From positions 8,365,812 through 8,429,811 of the forward strand of contig NC_092675.1 of assembly GCF_964355755.1 (NCBI RefSeq): DNA of 64,000 bases, written 5' to 3'. Shown here piece by piece: positions 26,301 through 39,000 of this stretch. The notes beneath the pieces were generated by a model. It was not told where the DNA came from. It searched no databases and saw only the letters and a program-made list of their open reading frames with translations. The translations under genes and the position numbers were made by a program. The stretch comes from Antedon mediterranea. Lineage: Eukaryota; Animalia; Echinodermata. Position 1 is the first letter of the stretch; every line of letters begins with the position of its first letter.

Positions 26301-28080
26301 CTTACATATCTAAGACACCACCACTTTTGTATGTGCAATAGATATCAATTATCATAAAAATTGTGCAGAAAATAAAACAAGATGGAGAAGCAGGGACACA
26401 CCATGATATCCCATGTTCCACAACCGACACAGTTGAATTACACATTTTTTCTTCTATCATTTCAAAAGAAAAGCTTGCCATTACATACTATATGTATGAA
26501 TATAAATGAACAATAATTTCTCTTTACTTAGGAACAAAAGAAAAGGTGGATGGCATGTGAAACACTAGACGGAATCTACAACACCAAAAGTGAAGTGTAA
26601 GTCGCTGCTATGCTTTCATTTAATTTCATTTAAAACTTTATTACACAGTACAATGCTTTATAATACACCATAGTTTTTAAATTTAAAATATCAGATACTA
26701 ACTAGCAAAAATACCTGCCAGTGCCACCCCACACCCACACTCCCCTCGCCATCTAGAAATATTATGGCAAGATGGGATTTGAACCAAGCATGTCAACCAC
26801 AAACCTACAACGTCACTCAAAAATTATCTTTCTAGCAGCACACAGCAGTGTGTATGCTTCTGAGCTGCATGTAGTGTTGTAAAAGAAGTGCAGTAACTTC
26901 TGGGTGTCATTTTTAACTTCTCCATAAACAAATTCAATAATAAAAAGTATTAATTGTATTATTATTTATTTCATAGCTGGTCATTTGGAATGTTATTGTA
27001 TGAAATTGTAACATTAGGTAAGTACAGTACATTTAAGACACTACATAGGATATTATCAAGTAGACATTTTGAATTGAATTAATGTGTGAAATGCCAGATG
27101 AGATAGGCTTCAGTATAACAGTAGACTCATCATGAAGAAAAAAAACAACAAATTCTTCATTCTTCTTCTCTTTTATATGGTGTCACCATCACCAAACTTG
27201 GAAAGGAATAACAATAAAGTATGATGATAGTGTTGATGTGTACAGCATAGAGCCTTACATTACAAAACATTCTTCTAAAGCTCTGTCTATACTATCAAAC
27301 TAGTTTGACAAAAAAAGTGTGATGTGTCCAAACATGGTAGTGATATGACGTCATCGACAGTATACAGTATAATAAACTGTGGATTCTCAAAATGTCAATT
27401 TTTTGGTACACAAACATTAAAAGATAAAAGCATACCTTATCAAAACCATTTACTACTTGCTTCTCAGGTGGAATCCCATATGCTGATATCAAGATACGGA
27501 ACTTGAAAGAGAAGCTTAAGGAACACCATCGCATGGAATGGCCACGGCACTGCTCTCAAGATCTCTACAACCTTATGCTAAGCTGCTGGCATCGGCGTCC
27601 AGAAAGTAGACCAACTATCAACCTGTTGTCCAAAGAAATGAAGCTTTTTAAATCATCAAGCAAGGTATTAATACAAATTTAAATCAATGTAGTAATATAT
27701 ACAAAATATTGAATGTAAATTATTTGTATAACACATAAACTATACTATATATATCTATACTACAGTATACTGACAACCAATGACCTAACTAGGTCAGATC
27801 AATTGATAAATTCATCAAAACTGTGTCGAGCGTGTATTATCCCCGCTCAATGAATTAACATGACATACTTTGTTCGTCCATTGTCTCAAATCAAAAGCTT
27901 CCTAATAACAAATTCATAAAAAATGATTGCTTGTTTTTTAAAATAGTAAATTTACTTTTCTCCTTTTTTTTCTTTCAGAAAAACCTCTGTTTAAAGGACT
28001 ACCCTTTCCAAATGTATGTGGCTATCAGATATCCAGAGGAGTTTGATGATCCTATGGCTATTCAAGACTCATTTGTTTAA
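14381..28080 (+). CDS. Netrin-G-like ectodomain receptor tyrosine (pseudo)kinase, 814 aa; 14 exons: 14381-14569, 15057-15670, 16135-16313, 17699-17857, 18546-18649, 22553-22717, 24145-24346, 24645-24767, 25331-25503, 25848-25979, 26532-26596, 26977-27017, 27468-27664, 27979-28080
   Basis: All junctions are GT-AG with compatible phases, totalling 2445 nt. Order: signal peptide; LN domain (MILEKSSDYGETW..FYSTDC); LE (CNCNLHG..CQCQHNTEGRDCQKC..PWQPGSFLPVTKGTANSC); EGF (CENGGTC..CQCTEAYTGNSCE); TM (IITIAAVSGGTAVFIVWVCFIIYY); TK domain (VGVKLLK, RWMACE, SEVWSFGMLLYEIVTLGGIPY, LMLSCW..RP). Confidence 0.85.
15766..15923. mobile_element. ~155-bp MITE family, copy 2
   Basis: agctctgtctacactatcaaactagtttgac...tagtcagacagagtt; same core as the copy at 12769. 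Confidence 0.8.
18082..18261. mobile_element. MITE, Harbinger-like
   Basis: TIRs agggtctttcacacctgttc / gaacaggtgagaaagaccct. Confidence 0.7.
20700..21366 (+). mobile_element. CR1/L2-group LINE 3' fragment
   Basis: IQKKTVRYI..SHSNPLF..LLKIQDI..HNHTTR..GPKLW ORF2 C-terminus, AATAAA and a (TTGA)n tail at ~21347-21366. Confidence 0.85.
21388..21452. repeat. 33-bp tandem duplication
   Basis: cagtactgtatgatgacataatgaaatgcagt occurs twice in tandem. Confidence 0.85.
24841..25022. mobile_element. MITE/foldback with ~49-bp inverted arms
   Basis: acttaagacaccaaaaaacacttcatggcgagacagaggtccagtggct is inverted by agccactggacctctgtctcgacatgaagtgttttttagtgtcttaagt. Confidence 0.8.
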
Positions 28081-30013
28081 ACTTTTTTGTGCAATATTTT
28101 TACGCCTTGATTAACTATCATAAGAGACATCCACTATTTGCAGCAAAAAGTTTCAAATATTCAATTACTTTATTTTTACTATTACTATCAAAGAACAACA
28201 CATAATTGAAGTAAAACATTTTTTTTGAAATATGGAATAAAGATTTGATACTCCAATATAGTATCAATTTTATCAAGTTTTGAAACAACAACAACAAAAA
28301 AACAATATCATTTGGACATGAAAAGGAGAGTAAAATACTGGTAACAACAACAATCATTCTGTTATAAAGGAAGCTTTCCTAAAATTACCATACACACACT
28401 TGGGCAAGATGAAAATGTATCCCTTTAATTTCTGAAAAGTCACAATTTAAAAATTGTCCGGCTTATCTTAATTTCCAGTTAATGAATAATGTCCAGTGTT
28501 TTAAGTATTAACTTCTAATGGTAACTTAAGTGTTTATACCAAATACTCATAATCTTTACATGCTGTCATTGAGCAGGCATTAAGTATTTAAATTTAATTA
28601 AGATGTTGTACATTTTTAATACTAGGAATATCTTTTTCTAATTTAGCTTTCTTTTTTCAGACAAGACATTAGTACAGTTTAATTGAATTAAGATGACAGA
28701 TAATAATATAACTTTCAGTAACTTACAACTTGTGTTCATATAATTTTAAAGAATTTTATAGTAAACTAAACTGAGGAAATAATAAAAATTATTATTATTA
28801 AAACATTATCAATTATTAGTATGATTTTAAAATGTATTACTTTTAAATTATAATAGTTAATTTATTTGAACAAAGATATATTATAAGCATAATAAAAAAA
28901 TACAAATAGGTATTGCTTTTTCCTTGAACATTTTTTTGAATAATTTTAATAAAGATATTTGACTGTTTTAGTAGTAGTCTGTATTCTGTATTTTTTAACC
29001 ACTTCTAAACAATAGGATAGTGAATTACATAAATTACATTTTTATGAATCTACCACATGAATTTCCACAGAGTTTGCGATAGTTATTGAATTGAATAGCC
29101 CAAACCTATTATTCTTTGGACACAATTTTCCATACGGACTAGAAGTGCATCTATCTCAAGGCTTTACCTTTGGTAATGCTCTAATACCTCCATAATCAGA
29201 TGATTGTTGTGCGGAAAATGGCATTCAATTCTAGTCAATTTAATAAATACTTATCCATGGTATACCTCCCCTATTAATTTTTGCAATGTCTCATTTTCTG
29301 GAGAATCACCAGAAATTGTAACATCTGGTTGATCTACCTAACTTCTAAAAAAATAAATCAGACTGTTTTTATAGCAAAATATTAATATATATCTTCTTAT
29401 TTTTATAGTATCTGGTATAACAACCTAATGTATTCCAGCATCAATTTTATTCCCATGACAGCACAGTACAAAAGGACATCCATGTGTTTCTATCCTAGCC
29501 TAAACTTGGGATTTATAAATAGGGCATATACTGACCCCAAATAATACTCCTGGTTCTAATCGTATGCCTTTTCTCTTCCTGTGTTAATCCTGTACAAAGT
29601 TAGCGAGATTTCTTTCATAATATTTCTTTCAAATTCTGTATTTTAAACATTTAATATTCTAACTTAATTTTTTTTTCTTTGGGGGGTTATTTTTGTTGTG
29701 ATTTCTGTTGTGAAACATTTTTCATTTATGGTAATGTAACCAAATATTATATCTGCCTGTACCTTAAAAGGATTAAGAAAGGATTAATCATGCAACAGCA
29801 ATCATGAATGTATTATTAATTCCAGCTATCATAAAGTCTTAAGCTCTGTGTACACTATCAAGCTAGTTTGACAAAAAAATGTGATGTGCCCATATATGGA
29901 CATGATGATGTAATATCACTACCATATTTGGACTTATCACTACCACACATTTGTTGTCAAACTTACCTTTGAATATTTAACTACATCGATAAGTGAATGC
30001 CTGCTGTAGCACA

Positions 30014-33000
30014 CTACATGTTAGCCACATGATCCGTAAAATCAGTTTCTATATCCTCAGAAGGTCCAGCAAGATGAACTGTAACAATTTCATGTAGTGC
30101 TTTGAAGTAACTGGATTCATTTCCTACAGTATAATTATGTTGAAGTCGTAAATGTTCCAGTGTCAATGGTATAAAACTTTGTTGAAGTTCTATACCAAAT
30201 GTCCGCAAACCTTCTGATGATATTTTACTATTGAAGCTACAACAGAATAAATAAGCGTTAATATTTAAAACACTTTTTCTTTACGGACAAAAATGATTAG
30301 TACAATTTTTAGAATAAAAAAAAAGTGTGGAATCGTATCTTGTATGACACTAGTGAGACACACCAACATTTGTACTCTTGATAGAAACTTTCCTATATTT
30401 GATATATCAAATTTATACGATGTATTTTTAAACAGTACAGCACTATAATATAATTGACATTATACTATGGTATCAACATTTTTTAAATGGTTAAATGTCT
30501 GATGTTGCAGGAAATGTGGGGTTTTATTTAAAATGAATGCATTTTGAATGTTAAAACTAATTTAGTATTAATGAAATATTATGAAAATTCTTGTTTTTTT
30601 GGGAGAAGTCATTTGAGAGAGTAAACCGAAGAAAGCTGTACCTGATATCCATTCTATTCAATTGAGAATTAGATGACTCATCTGTCAGTCCTTCTGCAAG
30701 TTTCATGAGACATGCATCACCTGCAGATAAGGCATAAAACTGTGATATCAGGTCTTCATGAGCGCCTTAGGTGCTAGTTACGCCCGGTTGAGTTCAAAAA
30801 CAGTGTTTTAAGTATTAACTTCTAATAGTAACTTAAGTATTTTCTATTTGCAACATTATGTTCACTATTATCTAGATATTTCCAAAAATAAGTCAAAAAA
30901 TGCCCAGTGAGTAATTAGGTTTATTCCAAAATTGAAGTATGGCAACTATTATGTGAAAGAGATTACAGATTTAAGTTGTCACAGCTACGACTTCAAACTG
31001 CATAACAATTGCATTAAAAAAACAAAATTAACATTATGTTATGGTCGATGGCAGCCGCCATATTGTGCGGTCCCGGTCCATGAAGAATCACTTTTTAAAC
31101 TGCAATAACATTTGAGTCTGCCCTCTAGCCAATCTATAATACCTCAATGGTGACAACTTACTTAACAAAGTAGAAGCTAGACCCAGATACTTTAAGTGTT
31201 GGTTATTCATCATAGCAGAAAGCAGTTGCATTACAAAATCTGTAGTAATACCTGCAAAAGAATGTTACTTCTTAGCAATTAGTCTATACATTCCCAAGGT
31301 TTCAATGTAACACTTGAAATTCAGAAAAGCTTAGTAAACTTGTAATAAAATATATGAATATTTAGTATTTCTTAAATTCTTAATGTTTTTTTTATTTAAA
31401 AGATCTAAAATACTTTCTATTAAAAACAATAGAAATATTGAAAACTATACATTTTTCAGAATTGTTTATTTTTGGCCAGTTTGTTCGGTTTTCTTTGTCA
31501 TAGAGTAAACCATATATATACATATACCAAACACTGGTATTTTTTTAAACTTACCTTGATCCGAAAGTGTAAACTTAGTTTGGCCTAGGTCAAGGAATTG
31601 TAAGCATCCATCTTGGAACAGTTTTACAAGTGATGACTGCATGCTGTTGGCTTGATTGCCATGCACACTTAAAAAAATGATTTTCTTGTTTTCTGAAAAA
31701 GTAAACACTCTAATATTAAACAAGACCTTATATTACATAGCCTATGTAAATACGCTAACGTGATTGGTTGAAACTGCATCACATGACTACCGCTGCGAGG
31801 ATCGTAAATCGTATATATCCTCGAGAACGATGATATTGACTGTGTAATTTTCGCGTAATTATCGTGTCCCCTGTCATTAAACATATAGATTCTCGAGTAC
31901 GATGATATTGACTGTGTAATTTTCGTGTGCCAACACTCGCGTTGCCGATAAATAAACAAAAGTCATCTACTCGATCTTGAACTCGGGTGGAATTGTCACT
32001 CCATTGCAAGACAACGTTTCATCCGCTGGGCCACGGAATTTGCTTGAAGAAATTAATCTTCTAAACTATTTAAGCTATGCATACATAGCGCCCTCATTTG
32101 TTATAAGTCCACCCTAAATGTGATGAAACACCGTTTGTGATTGGTCAATACTCACGGTAGTAACCTAGTAACTAGTACGCGCTGAACATCCGGTGATTCG
32201 GCTCCTCGAAGATCGAGAGAAGACGAATTGTTTATTCGGCCTACCTGATTATAATATTATTATTAATAGGCTTATTGATGGAAATTCTTCTGTTAATTTA
32301 AACGACCTAGGCCTAAGTGAATATTTTATTGCCAAGGAATCATTAATTATCTGTATATTATTCTTCGCAAGGTAAGGTGTCTAGGCAGGCTTGTTTTAAA
32401 TACAATACAAATAATAGGAGGCCTAGCCTAGCTTCACCCAACCCAGCAGACTTGTTCTTGGCTATATAATATAACAGATATTGCCTTTTATATCGGTTAA
32501 ATATAAGATTTGACATCCCCTCGGGAATGATATTAAGTTCTCGGGGAATATATATTTCCCTCAGCTGGCGCTTCGGGAAATATATATTCCCTCAAACTTA
32601 ATATCATTCCCTCGGGGATGTCAAATCTTATATTTAACCTCTAAGCAGTCAATATCTGTATAATAATTGATGGTTATTGTACAAAACATAGCAGCAAAAT
32701 ACATCAATTAATCAATGTACAAAATAAATGAAAACGAAAATTGAATAATCACATAGATATAAATTAATTGTTTCTTTGTACTTACCAGATACTATTGAAA
32801 ATAGTTGTGACAGCATCAATGATGTCATTGAACAAAACTCCAATGAAAGATGGGTAATAAAATTGCTTGTTTCTAAATCATATAACATATTAAATCATAA
32901 GCAAACTTGAAATCATATTTTCCAAGGATGGAATGGACATTGATAAGAAAAAAAAACACTTGCATATCTTGATTTGACTTAAAAAGCATAATATAACTTT

Positions 33001-36000
33001 TTCTCTCATCAGTATCAATTAGTAATAGTTCTCTATTATGTTACAAATATTTAATGAATAAGTTATTCTATTATTCATATGCATATTAAAAATGCATAGT
33101 TTAAAGTGATATACAATTCAATTCAATAAACTTTATTGTCTAACTCATGAATGGCTTGAAACTTTGGCTGAAAGTACACACATTAACATTGTCTAAAAAC
33201 ATTGTCGCACAGACAGTAAAATAGAATAAAATCACATAAAACAGAGAACAAGATGTTATATAAAAAAGTTAAAAGAGGACACACAAAGTACAAATTGAGT
33301 TAAAAAATAGCTAAGATACTTATTGCGGTTATCGTTTCCACATTAAATTAAAATGCCTCATAGCAGATGGGAGAAAGGATCTACGTAGGCGTTCAGTGTT
33401 CCAGCGAGGATATGTAATGCGCCCAGACCGGCTTACCTGTAATTCCTTGATAACGTATAATTTCTTGTAATGATTTAAAACAACCTGAAATTATATTTTG
33501 TTCGTAGCTGAAAACCGACGGTAATCGTTGTCCATTATTCACACTTAGCCCTAGACAACTCAAAATATCAACACTGCTTGATATATCTATAGAAAAAAAA
33601 CATGGTAAAGGGACAAAATAGAAAGAAATACTACACCATTATCAAAATTCTAAATGCAGTTACTGATTTATAATTTTTTCATTTTTCAGAATATATAGGA
33701 TTTGTTTCATGCCTGTTTATAAAAATATTTGGATCCGGGTTGGTTACTCTTAACTTTTTTCATATGGCGAGGTGCCGCATTTACGGGGGATAATTTCGTG
33801 GGCACAAGTGTGGAAAAATATGGGAAGTTGAAGCATTTATGGGGTATATTTTCAATGATTTGGTAGCACAAGTGTTGGAATTGTTCCATAGCCATAGCTT
33901 CAATTAGAGAGCCATTCAAATAATATATAATAGACGTTCCAGTCACCCAGTTAGGGACCATGTCAAAATTATTCTACTGCACTTACTGCAGTACTGTAAC
34001 TATATTTTACCATTGTCTATAAGTTCAAGTTCCTCCAATCCATCAATATTCGAAAACAGGTCCCTTAATGTGTCCATTCTTTCAATTAGAAAACCGACAC
34101 CAATAAGTGAAATTTTTCTGAGTTGAGAAATGGCGCTGCAGGGAAGAGGGTCTACCTTTAGATCGGATCTGTCATTTTTCATACGCTTTTTAGGAGGCTC
34201 GGCTGAAGAAGACATTAAACATTCTGGCACTGAAATAAAAAAAAACAAAAACACTAATTAACATTTGAATTTGTTCAAATATAATTTACTATTAAAGAAA
34301 GTTAAAATAAAGAGAAACTGAAGGCAGGCATCAATAAGGGTTTGTTTTTGCTGAAAAGGTATTTTTAAGAAACCATTGGTAATTTGTTACAAAAACCTAC
34401 ATAAAATAAAACTTTTTTTCATTTATTGATCGTTGATGGTTGGTTTTTATAATGACATCATTATTGTCCAGAGCAGTCAAATGTTCACTCCTTACAGTAA
34501 TCTTATGAAGTTCATAATAATCATAATCTTGGTTTAACAAATTGAAGTTTAAAAAGTTAAGTCAAATTGAGACTTTGATTAACTATGTTGCAGCTAAGAA
34601 TTGTTCCAAGAAAACCAGTATTTACAATCAAGTTCACAGTCAATTATCATTTGAAAAAAAAGTTGGCGTTTTTGTGTGGTAGTGCAATTTCTAGTGAAAG
34701 CAGAAATAGGCCCGAAATAAAGTTATAGTGGGTAGGGGATTTTATATATGAGTGAAATTCTACAATCAGATAGAATACAAGAATAAAAAAAGAAGCAAAA
34801 AATGCAGACAACTGCAGTACTTACACTGATGTTTTCTTGATACAAGATATAGAAATTGATCTAAAAAATAGTATTTCACATCCTTCAAAGTGATTGTATA
34901 AAGATGACCTTTCTGTAACAACTTGTGAATTATATCAGCAACAGCTTCAGATTCAGAGGGAAATAGTAAATGTTCAAATGTAATTTCTTCTACATTATTA
35001 GCAAGAATTTCAAGAGCAATTGGATTGTTTGCCAGGGTATTGCAAGTTTTCCCCCAAATATTGATTGATTTAGGAGTATACTTATAACAGGATTTGCTTA
35101 TGTTTAAACAAGCTGGTTGTACTAGAGGGTCTGTCAACGCTTTAATGACTCTTTCATCTTTCTTGTTATCTGAAAGAAAAAGACAACATCTTTTGATAAT
35201 AGGTGAAAGAAATTAAAACCATTGGTTTGATTAAAAAATTGCAAGATTACTGTTATGTAATAGTATAATTTCAATATTATAGAATTCACCAGACATTTAT
35301 ACTCCAATGACCAATGTAGTCTTCACAAATTCGTCATATAGACATTCCCATAAAAGAATTGACCATGAGTTGTTTATCAAGAAATATTAGAACCAATTCA
35401 TCATATTTAAGGATCAACAGCTTTGGAGCAAATATATATCACAACAACAAAAAATGATGTACAGTCTACTGTTAAGACACTATCAAACTAGTTTGACCAA
35501 AAAAGTTTGATGTGCCCAAATATGGTAGTGATATGCTTAACTATGGTAGTTGGTAGTGATAAGACATCATCATGTCCATATATGTGCACATACCATTTTT
35601 TTGTCACATATCTGTAAGGTTTAATTGTGTAGACAAGGCTTTAAAAGTACTGACCATCAAAAAACATTAGCTGTCTCAATAACATGTTAGCCTTATTGTC
35701 ATGATACTTCTGTCTCCAATCACATTGACTTATATCACCTGGCAACCGAAACTCTCTTCTTCTGTTGTACTTGTTGATCTTGCATTTCTTTTTAAAGTGT
35801 TTTATCCATACATACTGTGAATTGATGCCTGAAGTTTGTAAAAAGCATTATTGTTATGGAAAAACTTAAAAACACCTTTTCAGAACTTAGGCCAAACATA
35901 TGTACAAATGTTTTACTTGGTGTAATATTTTTTGTATTTCGATGTTTTTTAAGGGGCAACTGACTCTTTGAGTTATAGTAATTGTTTTGCTTTAGTTGCC

Positions 36001-39000
36001 CCTGACCATTGTGCTCTGTTTCTGTTCTGTTCTGTACCTGTGTATTGGTCGAATAAATAAATGAAATGAAATATGTGTTATAAGTAAAATTACACAGCCT
36101 GAATGAAAATACAATTTGCTATCTTAGATGGACTATAATTCATTTTTACTTTAAAGCTTTTACACAGGTAATCTGTGAATTCCACTTATTATTTTTAGGC
36201 ATACTGTACATGGGTAAAATATAAGACAATAACTGGCCCTATGTGAACATTCATGAACGCATGGCATACGACTTCACTCAACATCATTGCAGGGGGTAAA
36301 TGTTTCCAAACTGTGTGAAAGCAGACCTCCCAACAACTCTCCTTTTTCCCATGTTTATCAAGATAGCAATATCTTTCTATTTTAATAGCGCCCTCTCTGG
36401 TTTGAATAAATGTTATAGTGTGCCCTCTATAGTTTCGACATGCTTTCAATAATCCTTTTTTTCCAAGTTGGGAGGTCTGCGAAAGAATGGTAGAGCCGAA
36501 AATACATACCCTTAACATTTAAGTCATCATGAAAGGCATTCAAACAGCAAATGGGCAAAAGATGAATTAAATCACAAAGAACATGATGTGGCAAATCTAA
36601 AAAGAATACAAAATAACATTTATTAACAAATCCCTTTGTTTTTGCACTTGATTTACATATTTCTACTTATACTACTCTCTCTATCTATGGCCTGTTTAAA
36701 TAATTTTAAAGAGGCCTAGCCTAGCTAAGCTAAGCGGCGCTTTAGACCTAGCTTAAGCCTAGGCCTATGCTCTCTGGTTAGTAGAGGCAAATATAATAAA
36801 TAATAGTTAATACTGCTGAGGCCTAACTAAACTAGCTAGCTAGAGTAGCTAGCTATAGAGAGTGTTGACAAAGTGCGAGGCAGCGAGGCACGCGAGGCAA
36901 GCGAGGCATGCCAAATATTTGTGCGAGGCATCATTTTATCATTTCCAAAAGTGCGAGGCATGCGAGGCATATACTGTAGTTTACAATTTCAAAAAGGTGC
37001 GAGGCATATCTTAACGTGCTATTATGATATATTATAGGCCTAATAATCAATCGATACAAGCGTATCTAAATAGATTCGTGTATACACTCATCATGTTGTT
37101 TATTTTTATGTAACGATTGTTTTTTCATTCAAATCATATCGTGTCAAATTTTACTTTTACAAAAGTGCCCAAACTACGGTTCAAAAATCTGAACGACAGT
37201 CTTCAACTTTCGATAAACAATAATTGTTATAGCGACACACTCATCAAATGACTGCAATGTTTGTTGGCATTTCGAGCGTGTTCACTCACATGTCTCTCGA
37301 ACATAGCAGAGTGAAAATAATATTTTGTCACACCCCTGCGCCTAGATCCGGTAGACCCGAGAGATGGACAATCCCTCTTTACTATTTAGCAGGTAGCGGA
37401 ATGATTCAGCCCTCAGCTCAGAGGATCGTGGTGCATTCCCCTCCTATAGCACGTGGTTTCAGCAGCAACGCACAGACTTCTCTCTGAGCGGCGTGCCAAA
37501 GACTTTTTTGACATTCCATTCTCTAGGAACAACACGTGTACCTCTCTCGCAAATAAGGTGAACAGCGATTGCCAGGACAAGTTCAATAACTGGCGGTGAA
37601 TAAAAGGTAACTGATATGCCGATCCAATAACATGCCGCAAAGAAAAAAATTGCGACAGAATTCTGGAGCGCGTGTGAAAAAAGACTTACGTCCGACAATT
37701 GTAATACTAGGCCTAAAATTAAACTTTAGCTAATATGCTTAGCCCTAACCTAGATAAGAGGCCTATGTAGAAAATAATTTAATCAATTTTGATAAAATAA
37801 TAATTGGTGTAATATTTAATAATGATACACTATTCCTGTTTTAGTAAGCTAGGTATATTACGAACGATTTTTATTTATTGTTGTCCATGTACGTACTAAT
37901 AAACCTGGCGCTAGTTTCCTTCGCTTGTATTTTTACTCCAAATTTGATAACTAACTTTATCGTGTGAATACCACACCTTAGAAGTATACCTCATGAGTAC
38001 TTTAATGAAAGAATCACATAAAAAGTAACAAATAAATCCTTAAATTAATGATTTTACAGGCGTGTTTCTCGCACACTGTTCGCGAATTTCACTTATTCAA
38101 TGTTCAATATTTTTGTTTCTATGGAGCGCCAAAAGAGCAACGATAATAGAGGACTAAAACTCAGTGGAATGCGTCAATTTCTCATGCATTTATTGGTGAA
38201 AAACACGTTTTATTTCAATATATTTGTTAATTTGTCAATAAAAATGTTGTAATATGTTACTGCTGATACTGTTCTGTTTTCAAAGAATAATAATCGATCC
38301 TAAATCAACATCACTACCTAGTCTAGACCTAGGACATCCTACTAAGGATATTATGATGAATTTTTCTATTTTATTCTTTAAAAGGTTAACGAAACCGTGT
38401 ACATTATCAACAGTAACATTTTTCCTTACTGACAGTGACAAAATCTATTGAAATTGTACTTGATTTTCACCAAATAATGCGTTAAATATAAATGGATTCC
38501 ACAGAGTTTTTAGCTCTCTAATTAATTTTGCTCTTTTGGCGTTCCATAGAAACCAAAATATTGAACATTGAGTGTGCGAAATGCGAGAAAAACAACGTCT
38601 GTAAAATCACCAATTTAATGGATTTATTGTTACTTTTATGTGATTTTTCTTCATTAAAGTAGGCCTACTAATTCTAAGCTGTGGTATTCAGGATAAAGCC
38701 TTGGTTAAATTACAAGGCAGGTGCAAAAGGAAACTAGCCTAGCGGGCCTAGGCCTAGGCTACTTAAATTTCGGTGATTTCCTGCCTTGCAATTTTGAGAA
38801 ATGATAAAATGATGCCTCGCATTTTTTGATGATGGTAAAACGATGCCTCGCATAAATTTCTGACTTGCCTCGCATGCCTTCCCTGCCTCGCGTGCCTCGC
38901 TGCCTCGCACTTTGTTACTACCCAGCTATAGATAGAGGGCCTTGCCTCTACTAGGCTTCTTAGGCTAGCTAGCCTCTCCTAGGCCTAGGGCCTAGCTAGG

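Noticed and set aside
36195-36518. 107-aa minus ORF as an LRRC41 exon
   Set aside because: The homologous exon is 36596-36510 in another frame; this ORF is intronic.
36870-37010. GCGAGGCA repeats as a CRISPR-like array
   Set aside because: Short irregular subterminal repeats mirrored at 38810-38910, i.e. MULE TIRs.
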